DNA from: Rhodocyclaceae bacterium
GTDB taxonomy: Bacteria; Pseudomonadota; Gammaproteobacteria; Burkholderiales; Rhodocyclaceae
NCBI GenBank assembly: GCA_017553285.1
Contig: JAFZMK010000085.1
Coordinates: forward strand, 1-61,470
DNA: 61,470 nucleotides
Direction of reading: 5' to 3'
The position numbers and the translations under genes are program-made. Positions 10,160 through 18,556 of the stretch are shown one piece after another. Numbering within the stretch: the first letter of the stretch is position 1; each line of letters starts with the position of its first letter. A model generated the notes under the pieces. That model had not been told where the DNA came from, ran no database searches, and worked only from the letters and a program-made list of their open reading frames with translations.

Positions 10160-12637
10160 TCAGGCAGGCTGCGCCGGCGTGCAGTTTTGCCCAGCGGCGC
10201 TGGCGCAGTCTGCGGCGGCATCGGGCGCGCTGGTGCCGGGGGTGTCTGTGTCGGCGCGGAAGGTAACGCGGTTGCGCCCGGCGACTTTGGCTTGATAGAG
10301 CATCTGGTCGGCCAGTTCAATCAGCGCGCGGATGCTCTTCATCGGCTCGGTGGAAGAGAGCGCGCCCTGCATGATGCCGATGCTGACGGTAATGCGCCCG
10401 TGGGGACTTTTTTCGTGCGGGATGTTGAGCGCTTCGACAGCGGTGCGGATGCGCTCGCCCGAGACGGCGGCGTGCGTCGAATCGCACTGGCACCAGCACA
10501 GGATGAATTCTTCGCCGCCATAGCGACCACAGAAATCGTAGGGACGGCGTCCGGCAAACTGGCCGATGGCTTTGCCGACGGCAGCCAGCACCACATCGCC
10601 GGCGGCGTGCCCGTAGTGGTCGTTGTACGCCTTGAAGTGGTCGACATCAATCATCGCCACGGTGAGCACGTGCGGTTTGGAGAAAGCGAGCGAGCAAATG
10701 CCGGCGAGGTAATTTTCCATGCCCTGGCGGTTCGCCAGCCCGGTGAGCGCGTCTTGCAGGGCGAGGGTTTTGAGTTTTTCTTGCTTGACGAAGCTATCCA
10801 GCCGCAGGCGGTCTTGCTTCAGCCCGATGATGATGCCCCAGATGTTGATGAGCAGGAAGGGCATCAGGGCGAACATCAGTTCTTCGTCCGGCAGGTAGTA
10901 GAAGCGAATGGCGAGATAGACGAGGGTAAACAGCCAGCTATTGAGGCAGGCGGTGAGCCACTGCTGGGTGCCCACCGTGTAGTTCAGGAAGACGGTGAGG
11001 ATGAGCAGTTCGTAGGGCATATCGACCTGCTGCTGGAAGGCGCGCCAGGCAATCAGGCACAGCGACATGCCGTAGAAAAAGATGAACAGGGGCGTGAGAC
11101 GGCGCGAGCGCCGCTGCGCCCATTCGTAGCGCGTAAATTCCGCGCCCACGCACAGCAGCGGGATGATGAAAAACGCCTGCGCGGCAGCCTGCAACTGGCT
11201 GGCGGGCGCGGCGGGCAGGGCGAAATTGGCGCAAATCAGCACGAAGTGGGTCAGCAAGGTGATGGCAATCATGCTGCGCAGTTGGGGGCGCTCCAGCGTG
11301 CCGCGCCGGGCGTTCCAGCGCGCGCGGTCTTCGCGGGTGATTTCGGCCTCGGCAAGGAAGCCGACGGAGTAGGTGACGGGCGCGGCGGGCTGGATGTCCG
11401 GGGCGGTTTCGGCGGCTTCATCCTGGGCGTTGGCGTGCGCGCTCAGGCAAACCCGGTTGCGCCCGCTGGTTTTGGCTTGATAGAGGGCAGCGTCGGTGCT
11501 GCGCAGCAGATTGTCGGCATCGTCTTGCGGCGTGGGCACACAGCAGGTGATGCCGACGCTGACGGTGAGTTTGCCGTTGTGTTCGCTGTGTTCATGGTCG
11601 ATATTGGCGGCCTGCACCGCGCGGCGCAGCCCTTCGCCCAGCGTTTGCGCATCGGCGTAGGGACGGAACCAGACGGCGACAAATTCTTCACCGCCATAGC
11701 GGGCGACGAAGTTGGGCTGTTGCGCGCACTGGCGGGCGATGGCGTGGGCGACGGCGCTCAGCGCGCTATCGCCGGCGGCGTGACCGTAGCGGTCGTTATA
11801 TTTCTTGAAATGGTCGACATCGATGATGGCGAATGCCAGCGGTGCCTGTTCGCGCTGCGCCTGACGAATCAGGCGCGGCAGCAGGGCATCGAGTTCGCGG
11901 CGGTTGGGCAGGCCGGTGAGCGGGTCGTGCCGGCTTTGTTCCAGAAAGAGGTTGCTGAGCAGAAAGTGCTGGCGGCTGATGCGTTCATGGACGTAGCCGG
12001 AAAACAGCGCGCTCATGGCCGCCAGCAGGATGTAGATGCTGTGCAGGGCGCGCAAGGTGCCGTCCGGCTGGTAGAGCCATTCGGGGATGAGCAGCAGCAT
12101 GGCGGAGAGCAGGCAGGGGAAAATGGCGAAACGCCACGGAATGCCGCCGACAAACGGCGAGACCAGCGGCACGAACAACAGCATCTGATAGGGGTGCAGT
12201 TCGCCGTGATAGCCGCAAACCCACTGGTTGGCACACAGCACGGCGGCGGCGGCGGCGGAAAACAGGGCGGTGGCGTGCGGCAGGCGCGCGCGAAAGCGCG
12301 CTGCAAAGGTAAGCGTCATCCAGACCGCCCAGCCAGCAGACAGCAAGAGGACGGGCACGAAAGTGAGGAAGGTCGCCTCTTCAAACAGGTGATGGTCCGA
12401 GAAGAGCAGGAAGAAGGCGGTAATCAGGGCGGTAGTTTGCGCGGCACGGCTGAAGGTGAGTTCGTGCTCGGCGATATGCAGCAGGTATTGCTGTTCGCGT
12501 TCGGCGTCGCAAAAGCGCAGGTTACAGCGCTGTTGCGATGCGTCGGGCTGCTGGGGCGGATGGGCAGCAGCGCCGTTGTGCGGGGAGGCTGCTGGTGTGG
12601 GCGCGGTGCTCATTGCGGGGGGGGGGGGGTTGAACAT
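10160..12637 (-). CDS. Membrane diguanylate cyclase, 6TM-GGDEF-6TM-GGDEF (paralog B)
   Basis: Same architecture (RYGGEEFVAVW and RYGGEEFILCW). Start taken at ATG 12637 (MFNPPPPAMST...). An in-frame alternative ATG lies at 12613. The annotated ORF start at 12979 would overlap paralog C and is rejected. Confidence 0.85.
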   Translation of the reverse strand: MFNPPPPAMSTAPTPAASPHNGAAAHPPQQPDASQQRCNLRFCDAEREQQYLLHIAEHELTFSRAAQTTALITAFFLLFSDHHLFEEATFLTFVPVLLLSAGWAVWMTLTFAARFRARLPHATALFSAAAAAVLCANQWVCGYHGELHPYQMLLFVPLVSPFVGGIPWRFAIFPCLLSAMLLLIPEWLYQPDGTLRALHSIYILLAAMSALFSGYVHERISRQHFLLSNLFLEQSRHDPLTGLPNRRELDALLPRLIRQAQREQAPLAFAIIDVDHFKKYNDRYGHAAGDSALSAVAHAIARQCAQQPNFVARYGGEEFVAVWFRPYADAQTLGEGLRRAVQAANIDHEHSEHNGKLTVSVGITCCVPTPQDDADNLLRSTDAALYQAKTSGRNRVCLSAHANAQDEAAETAPDIQPAAPVTYSVGFLAEAEITREDRARWNARRGTLERPQLRSMIAITLLTHFVLICANFALPAAPASQLQAAAQAFFIIPLLCVGAEFTRYEWAQRRSRRLTPLFIFFYGMSLCLIAWRAFQQQVDMPYELLILTVFLNYTVGTQQWLTACLNSWLFTLVYLAIRFYYLPDEELMFALMPFLLINIWGIIIGLKQDRLRLDSFVKQEKLKTLALQDALTGLANRQGMENYLAGICSLAFSKPHVLTVAMIDVDHFKAYNDHYGHAAGDVVLAAVGKAIGQFAGRRPYDFCGRYGGEEFILCWCQCDSTHAAVSGERIRTAVEALNIPHEKSPHGRITVSIGIMQGALSSTEPMKSIRALIELADQMLYQAKVAGRNRVTFRADTDTPGTSAPDAAADCASAAGQNCTPAQPA
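12617..12629. repeat. Homopolymeric tract: 13 consecutive G (C on the coding strand)
   Basis: Read directly: cattgc-G13-ttgaacat. It lies between the two candidate start codons of paralog B and encodes PPPP if the ATG at 12637 is used. Confidence 0.95.
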
Positions 12638-12699
12638 CCTGGCGTCTGGAAAATTATGCGTTGATGCAGGATTACGAACGGGGCGGTGTTGGTGAAATT

Positions 12700-15129
12700 C
12701 TAGCAGAGTTGGCGCGGGGCTTCGGTGACGTTTTCCACTTCCCACAGCGCGACGCGGTCGCGCCCTTCGGCCTTGGCGCGGTAGAGGGCGCGGTCGGCAT
12801 GGGTAATCAATTGGGCGACAGCGGCAAGATTGGGCAGCGGCGCGTGGGTGCGCGCCAGCCCGATGCTGATGGTCAGTTGCCCGTTGTGGCTGTGGCTGTG
12901 GGGAATGCCCAGTGTGCGGATGGCGGCGCACAGGCGCTCGCCCAGGCGGGCAAGGTCGTCTTCCGGATGTGCGCGCCACAGCAGCAAAAATTCTTCGCCG
13001 CCATAGCGCACCGCCAGCGCGTCGTCTTGCGTGACGTATTGCTGCAAGGTGTGGGCGACGGTGGCGAGCACCGCATCGCCCGCCGCGTGGCCGTAGCAGT
13101 CGTTGTAGTCCTTGAAGTAGTCGATGTCGACCATGGCGACGGTAAAGGCTTGCTCGCCGCGCGCCAGCGCCGGTGCCAGGGCGCTGAGGTGGCGCTCCAG
13201 CGCGGTGCGGTTCGCCAGCCCGGTGAGCGAGTCGTGCAGCGCCAGCGTTTGCAGGCGCTCTTGTTTGCTGAAACTGTCCAGCGCGCGCAAATCCTGCGCC
13301 CGCCCCACCAGCGAGCCGACCACGTTGACCAGAATGAAGGCGCTGGCAGTGCCGGTGAGCGAATCGAAATAGGATGGGGCGTAGTGCAGGTAGAGAAAAA
13401 CGTTCAGCGCCGAGAGCAGCCAGCCCGCCAGCGCTGCCGCAATCCAGGATTGCCCGCCGACGATGTAAATCTGGTAGAGACTGATGAGGATGATTTCATA
13501 GGGCACATAGCCGCCGCGCGACAGCGCGTAGTAGAAGGCGTAGCTGTAACACAGGCCGGGAATGAAGATGACGAAGGGCAGCAGATAGCGCGAACGGCGC
13601 AGCGCCCAGTCTTGCCGCGCCAGATAGAGCGAGACCAGCAACGAGGGGACGATGACGCTCAAAATCAGCGCCACAAAGGGGCGCGAGACCGGTTCGGCAA
13701 GGTTCAGACGGCTGACCAGCGCGGTAAACAGGTTCAGCAGCAGACACAGCACCCCGGCGTTGAAAAGCTGGTGGCGCTCGAAAAGACCGCGTTCGCGCGC
13801 GAAACGGGCGCGTTCTTCGCGCGGCAGCCGTTCGGCGTTGTCGACGAAGCTGGTTTGCGCTTCGCCGCCTTTGCGCAGGCGCGCCGGGCGTGACGGCCAG
13901 TCGACGGCGTCCATGTTGCCGTCTGCCACGCAGTTGCGCCCGGCTTCCTTGGCGCGGTAGAGGGCGTGGTCGGCGGCGGCCAGTACGTCTTCCGTGCGGG
14001 TTTGCGCCGTGGGTGCCAGCCCGATGGCACCGATGCTGATGCTGATCTGCCCTTGCGGGCTGTGCGCGTGCGGCAAGCCCAGACGCGCCACCGCCTGCCG
14101 CAGCCCTTCGCCCAGCGGCAGCGCCTGCGCGCTGTTGTGACGCCAGACGGCGACAAACTCTTCGCCGCCATAGCGGGCGACAAAATCCGGGCGCGGCCAC
14201 GCCTGCTGGCTGATGGCCTGGGCGATGGCAATGAGCACCACGTCGCCGGCGGCGTGCCCGTAGTGGTCGTTGTACGCCTTGAAGTGGTCAACGTCGAACA
14301 TCGCCACGGCAATGCGGCCATCGTCGCGCGCGCATTGTTGCAGCAGTTGCGGCAAGAGCTGGTCGAGCACGCGGCGGTTGGGCAGACCGGTGAGCGCGTC
14401 GTGCCGGCTTTGTTCCAGATAGCGGTTGTTGGTCAGAAAGTGCTGGCGCGAGTGGCGTTCGATGACAAAGGCACCAAAAATGCCGGTGACCGTTGCCATG
14501 GCAAGAAAGCCGATGTGCAGGTTGCGCAGGGCAATATCGGGCTGGTAGTGCCATTCGGGCGCGCCAATCATGATGGCAGCCAGCAGCGTATACGGCGCGC
14601 CCAGCCGCCACGGCAGGCAGCCGGCAAGCGCGGCAAACAGCGGGATGGCGAGCATGGGCTGATAGTGGCGCAGCACGCCGTTTTCCCACGATACACACAG
14701 ACTGAGGGAAAAACAGGCGATGCACAGCAGACCGCTGACCAGCACCAGCCACGGTTGGGCGGTGACGGTGCGGCGACAGCAGCAGGCGTACAGGAACAGC
14801 CCCCAGCAGAAGAGAAACACGGGCAGGCGCAAAAACAGCGCGATGTGCGCCGCGCTGCTGGGCAAGGTGTAGCAATCGGCGATGTGCATCACCACGGCGG
14901 CAACCAGCGTGACCAGGGCGATGTTGCGCGACAGGGCGCGGTCGCGCAGCATCATCTGGGCGAGAAAGCGCTCCTCAAGGTCATCATCCTTGAAGCGCAG
15001 CGACCAGAATGCCTCGGGCTGCGGCACCGGGCTGGCGGCAGCGAATACGGGCGAAGAGGAATCGGCTTGGGCTTCGGACATTTTGCGAATGCGCGCACGC
15101 TGGCAAGGCACGAAGCTGCCATTTTCCAT
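12700..15129 (-). CDS. Membrane diguanylate cyclase, 6TM-GGDEF-6TM-GGDEF (paralog C)
   Basis: 809 aa with RYGGEEFVAVW and RYGGEEFLLLW. Alternative ATG at 15081 (MSEAQADSS...). Confidence 0.85.
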   Translation of the reverse strand: MENGSFVPCQRARIRKMSEAQADSSSPVFAAASPVPQPEAFWSLRFKDDDLEERFLAQMMLRDRALSRNIALVTLVAAVVMHIADCYTLPSSAAHIALFLRLPVFLFCWGLFLYACCCRRTVTAQPWLVLVSGLLCIACFSLSLCVSWENGVLRHYQPMLAIPLFAALAGCLPWRLGAPYTLLAAIMIGAPEWHYQPDIALRNLHIGFLAMATVTGIFGAFVIERHSRQHFLTNNRYLEQSRHDALTGLPNRRVLDQLLPQLLQQCARDDGRIAVAMFDVDHFKAYNDHYGHAAGDVVLIAIAQAISQQAWPRPDFVARYGGEEFVAVWRHNSAQALPLGEGLRQAVARLGLPHAHSPQGQISISIGAIGLAPTAQTRTEDVLAAADHALYRAKEAGRNCVADGNMDAVDWPSRPARLRKGGEAQTSFVDNAERLPREERARFARERGLFERHQLFNAGVLCLLLNLFTALVSRLNLAEPVSRPFVALILSVIVPSLLVSLYLARQDWALRRSRYLLPFVIFIPGLCYSYAFYYALSRGGYVPYEIILISLYQIYIVGGQSWIAAALAGWLLSALNVFLYLHYAPSYFDSLTGTASAFILVNVVGSLVGRAQDLRALDSFSKQERLQTLALHDSLTGLANRTALERHLSALAPALARGEQAFTVAMVDIDYFKDYNDCYGHAAGDAVLATVAHTLQQYVTQDDALAVRYGGEEFLLLWRAHPEDDLARLGERLCAAIRTLGIPHSHSHNGQLTISIGLARTHAPLPNLAAVAQLITHADRALYRAKAEGRDRVALWEVENVTEAPRQLC

Positions 15130-15185
15130 GCTCTGGGCAGGAAAAGAAACTATTGCGTGAAGAAGGTGGCGCGCAGCGCGCGCTT

Positions 15186-17630
15186 TCAGGCGTTTTGCGC
15201 CGGCTGCGCGTCCGCGCCCGGTTCCTGCAAGCCTTGCGGCAGCAGCGATTCGCTTTGCAGCACCAGACGATTGCGCCCCGTGGCCTTGGCGCGGTAGAGG
15301 GCGGTGTCGGCGCGGCGAATCATGCGGTCGAGATTTTTCATGCTGTTGTCCGCCGAGATGGTGCCGTGGGCGATGCCGATGCTCACCGTCACCCGCCCGT
15401 GGCGGCTTTTTTCGTGCGGAATGTTCAGTTCGCGCACGCCCTGACAGACGCGCTCGCCCAGCACGCGGGCGTCTTTTTCGCGGATGTGGTACCAGATGAG
15501 CAGGAATTCTTCGCCGCCATAGCGGGCGGCAAAGTCATACGGGCGCAGGCGCTGTTCGGACAATTCCTGCCCGATGGCGGTGAGCACCGCATCGCCCTGG
15601 GCGTGGCCGTAGTAGTCGTTATAGGCTTTGAAGTGGTCGATATCGACCATGGCGACGGCGACAATGCGCTCGGACGAATCGAGCAGCGGCAGCAGGGTGC
15701 GGAAATAATTTTCCAGCCCCTGGCGGTTCGCCAGCCCGGTGAGCGCATCTTGCAGGGCGAGCACTTCGAGTTTTTCGCTCTTCAGGAAGGCGTCAATATC
15801 GGAGCGGTCGTGCGTGAAGCTGACAAACGCGCCCAGCGCGTTGAGGATGAGGAAGGGCAACACGAGCTGGAGGGGGGCAATGTCGGTATACGCCACCCAG
15901 ATGCCAATGCACAGCAGGGATAAGGTCACGCCGGTGACGGTGACGCTCTTCCAGGAATGACCGCCGATGATGTAGGCCTCAAAGGCGATGAACAGCATGA
16001 TTTCAAACGGCGCGCGCTCGTGGGGAAAATCCAGATGCTGCGAAAAGGCGCTGTAGAAGGCATAGCAGAAGGCACCGCCGCAAAGCAGCAAGGTGGCAGG
16101 CACGCAATAGCGGGTGTTGCGCTGCGCCCAGGGCAGGTAGCACAAAAAGAAGGCGGCAGCCTTGGCGGGCAGCACGATGGCAAGCTGCATCAGCACGACA
16201 AGGGAAGCCAGCGCAGCAGGCAGGTAGAAATGATGCGCCAGCAGCAGGAAAAAGCTGGTCACGGCACAGGCGAGCACCAGCAGGCTGAGGCGGTGCCATT
16301 CGTGCAGCCCCCGGATGCGGCTCCAGCGGCGCGCGTCTTCGCGGGTGACGGGAATCAGGTTGAAGAACGGTTCGTTTTGGCGTTCGCGTTCGCCTTCGCC
16401 CGCCGCTTCGCTGCCCGGGGCGGGTTGTTCGTCGGTTGCCAGCGGGGCGAGCAGGCTGGCGATGTTGTCGGCCTTCACGCAGTTACGCCCGGCATTTTTG
16501 GCGCGATAGAGGGCGCGGTCGGCACTGGCCAGCAGCGCCGGAGGGGTGGTGCGGGCGGTGGGATACTGGCTGGTAATGCCCACGCTGATGCTGACCGTGC
16601 CGTGACCGCTGCGCTCGTGCACGATGTTGGTGGCCTGCACGGCGCGGCGCAGCCCTTCGCCCAGCGTGGAGGCATCCTGCGTGGGATTGAACCAGATGGC
16701 GGCAAATTCTTCGCCGCCATAGCGGGCGACAAAATCGGGCGGATGCTCGGCCTGTTTGGCAATGGCCTCGGCGACGCGGGTGAGCACCATGTCGCCGGCG
16801 GCGTGCCCGTAGTGGTCGTTGTAATCCTTGAAGTAATCGACATCAATCATCGCCGCAGTGAGGCTGACTTTCTCACGCGCGGCCTGACGCAGGATGCGCG
16901 GCAGGAAAAAATCCAGGTCGCGGCGGTTGGGCAGCCCGGTGAGCGGGTCGTGCCGGCTTTGTTCGTAAAAATTCAGACTGATGAGAAACCACTGGCGCGA
17001 TTGTTTTTCCCGGATATAACGGGCGCACAGGCTGAAGAAGGTCGTGCACAGAATGTAGGCAAGGTGCAGGTTGCGCACGTCCGCATCGCCCTGATAGCGC
17101 CATTCCATCGCCACCAGCGCCAGCGCCGTGCCCAGCGTGGCGAGGGTGCAATAGCGCCAGGTCAAACAGCCCAGAAAACACGAAAACAGCAGCACCAGCA
17201 AGACGATTTGATAGGGCACATAGACCTGATGCAGCCAGCCTACCCACAGCGGCGAAACCAGCGCCAGATTGGCACCGAGCAAAAAGGCAGCGAGCAGCGG
17301 TTGCGTCCAGCGCGTGACTTTTCCCGTAAAACACACGCGCGTCCAGCCGATGCCGCAACACACAAACAGCGGCACGCGAACGAATATCGCCGTCCACGCC
17401 GCCTGCGCGGGCATGATGTAAAAATCGGCAACGCTCAGCAGCAATACCGCCAGCAGCACGGCGAGGATGTTGTTGCGCGCGCTGGTGCGCTCTTGCAGCA
17501 ACATCTGGGTGATGAAGCGCGTCTCCAGCACGGCATCCAGAAAGCACAGGTTCCAGCGCAGGGGCGCATTCGGCGTGAGTGCCTTGCGCGACTCGAAGGA
17601 AGGGGGCGTTTGCGCTTGTTGTTGACTCAT
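15186..17630 (-). CDS. Membrane diguanylate cyclase, 6TM-GGDEF-6TM-GGDEF (paralog D)
   Basis: RYGGEEFAAIW and RYGGEEFLLIW. ATG at 17630 (MSQQQAQ...). The ORF-track start at 17657 is a TTG. Confidence 0.85.
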   Translation of the reverse strand: MSQQQAQTPPSFESRKALTPNAPLRWNLCFLDAVLETRFITQMLLQERTSARNNILAVLLAVLLLSVADFYIMPAQAAWTAIFVRVPLFVCCGIGWTRVCFTGKVTRWTQPLLAAFLLGANLALVSPLWVGWLHQVYVPYQIVLLVLLFSCFLGCLTWRYCTLATLGTALALVAMEWRYQGDADVRNLHLAYILCTTFFSLCARYIREKQSRQWFLISLNFYEQSRHDPLTGLPNRRDLDFFLPRILRQAAREKVSLTAAMIDVDYFKDYNDHYGHAAGDMVLTRVAEAIAKQAEHPPDFVARYGGEEFAAIWFNPTQDASTLGEGLRRAVQATNIVHERSGHGTVSISVGITSQYPTARTTPPALLASADRALYRAKNAGRNCVKADNIASLLAPLATDEQPAPGSEAAGEGERERQNEPFFNLIPVTREDARRWSRIRGLHEWHRLSLLVLACAVTSFFLLLAHHFYLPAALASLVVLMQLAIVLPAKAAAFFLCYLPWAQRNTRYCVPATLLLCGGAFCYAFYSAFSQHLDFPHERAPFEIMLFIAFEAYIIGGHSWKSVTVTGVTLSLLCIGIWVAYTDIAPLQLVLPFLILNALGAFVSFTHDRSDIDAFLKSEKLEVLALQDALTGLANRQGLENYFRTLLPLLDSSERIVAVAMVDIDHFKAYNDYYGHAQGDAVLTAIGQELSEQRLRPYDFAARYGGEEFLLIWYHIREKDARVLGERVCQGVRELNIPHEKSRHGRVTVSIGIAHGTISADNSMKNLDRMIRRADTALYRAKATGRNRLVLQSESLLPQGLQEPGADAQPAQNA

Positions 17631-17710
17631 TGAGTGCGTTTGCGTTCTGGAAGGCAAGGCGGCATGGGGCTAGGGTGGGGTGCCGCAGGAACCTGCTATT
17701 GTAACCGAAA

Positions 17711-18388
17711 TTATCTTCCAGAAACAGGCACATCGCCGCTGGCTTCGCCTTCTGGCGCGGCGGCAGGCGGGGGTGCCGGGATGGGTTCGGGCGCGGACGG
17801 CTCGGTCATGCCCGTCAGCCCGGCGGTGAGCATGAAACGCATGGCTTCTTCCATGCCCATGTCCAGCGGCTCGACACGCGAACGCGGCACCGAAAGCGCA
17901 TAGCCGCCGACCATGTAACTCATCGGAAAATACACCAGCACGTTGCCTTCGCCGCCAAAGGGCGCGGCAATGGCGCGCAAGTCGTCGCGCGTGACCAGCC
18001 CGATGGCCTGCACGTCCTGCCCGAAACGCACGCAGACGACTTGCTGGTAGGTTTTCTTTTTCATCGGCGAAAAATATTCCATGAAGTCGCGCAGCGCCGG
18101 GTAAATCAGCTTGACCAGCGGCAGGCGGTGGAGCAGCCGGTCAATGCGCGAGAAGAGCACCTGCACCACGTAGGTGTGCATCAACATGCCGATGATGAAA
18201 CACGCCCCCAGCGCCAGCACCACGCCTACGCCCGGGGGCAGGTGCGTGCCGGCAGGCAGCACCGAGGCGAGCATTTCGCTGAGCCATTGCTCGGTGCCGG
18301 CAATCGCCCAGTACAGCAGGTAGAAAGTCAGCAGCAGCGGGACGACCGTAATCAGACCGGTGAGAATGTTGCGCGTGATGATGCCCAT
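17711..18388 (-). CDS. DUF502 family membrane protein
   Basis: ATG at 18388. MGIITRNILTGLITVVPLLLTFYLLYW...RLPLVKLIYPALRD...VYFPMSYMVGGY is typical of DUF502. Confidence 0.75.
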   Translation of the reverse strand: MGIITRNILTGLITVVPLLLTFYLLYWAIAGTEQWLSEMLASVLPAGTHLPPGVGVVLALGACFIIGMLMHTYVVQVLFSRIDRLLHRLPLVKLIYPALRDFMEYFSPMKKKTYQQVVCVRFGQDVQAIGLVTRDDLRAIAAPFGGEGNVLVYFPMSYMVGGYALSVPRSRVEPLDMGMEEAMRFMLTAGLTGMTEPSAPEPIPAPPPAAAPEGEASGDVPVSGR

Positions 18389-18556
18389 GGCGGTTTGTGC
18401 AAAAAACGTAAAAGAATGTTGATGGTAATCGCATCGGCGGCTTCTTGCATGTTTTTTCCGCCGCGCGCGCAAGGCGCACAATGCGCGCTGTGCATTGTTG
18501 TTTTAGAATACCGCCGCCGCGCCCGCGCGGTATGCGTCTTTCAGGAGCTGTTCTAC

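Noticed and set aside
7526-12664. 1712-aa ORF on the plus strand spanning two and a half of the GGDEF genes
   Set aside because: It is antisense to clearly recognisable GGDEF/TM coding sequence. The translation is Ala/Gly/Arg-rich with no recognisable motifs. Long stop-free antisense frames are expected in GC-rich coding DNA.
10160-12979. Track version of paralog B starting at 12979 (939 aa)
   Set aside because: The first ~114 residues are Arg/Pro-rich junk and would overlap the 3' end of paralog C (stop at 12700). Homology to the other paralogs starts after the ATG at 12637/12613.
7646-17657. Possibility that the four GGDEF genes are an assembly artefact or a very recent duplication
   Set aside because: The copies differ substantially at the protein and DNA level outside the catalytic motifs, for example in their different N-termini, their linkers and the I-site status of paralog C. 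The intergenic spacers are also unrelated.
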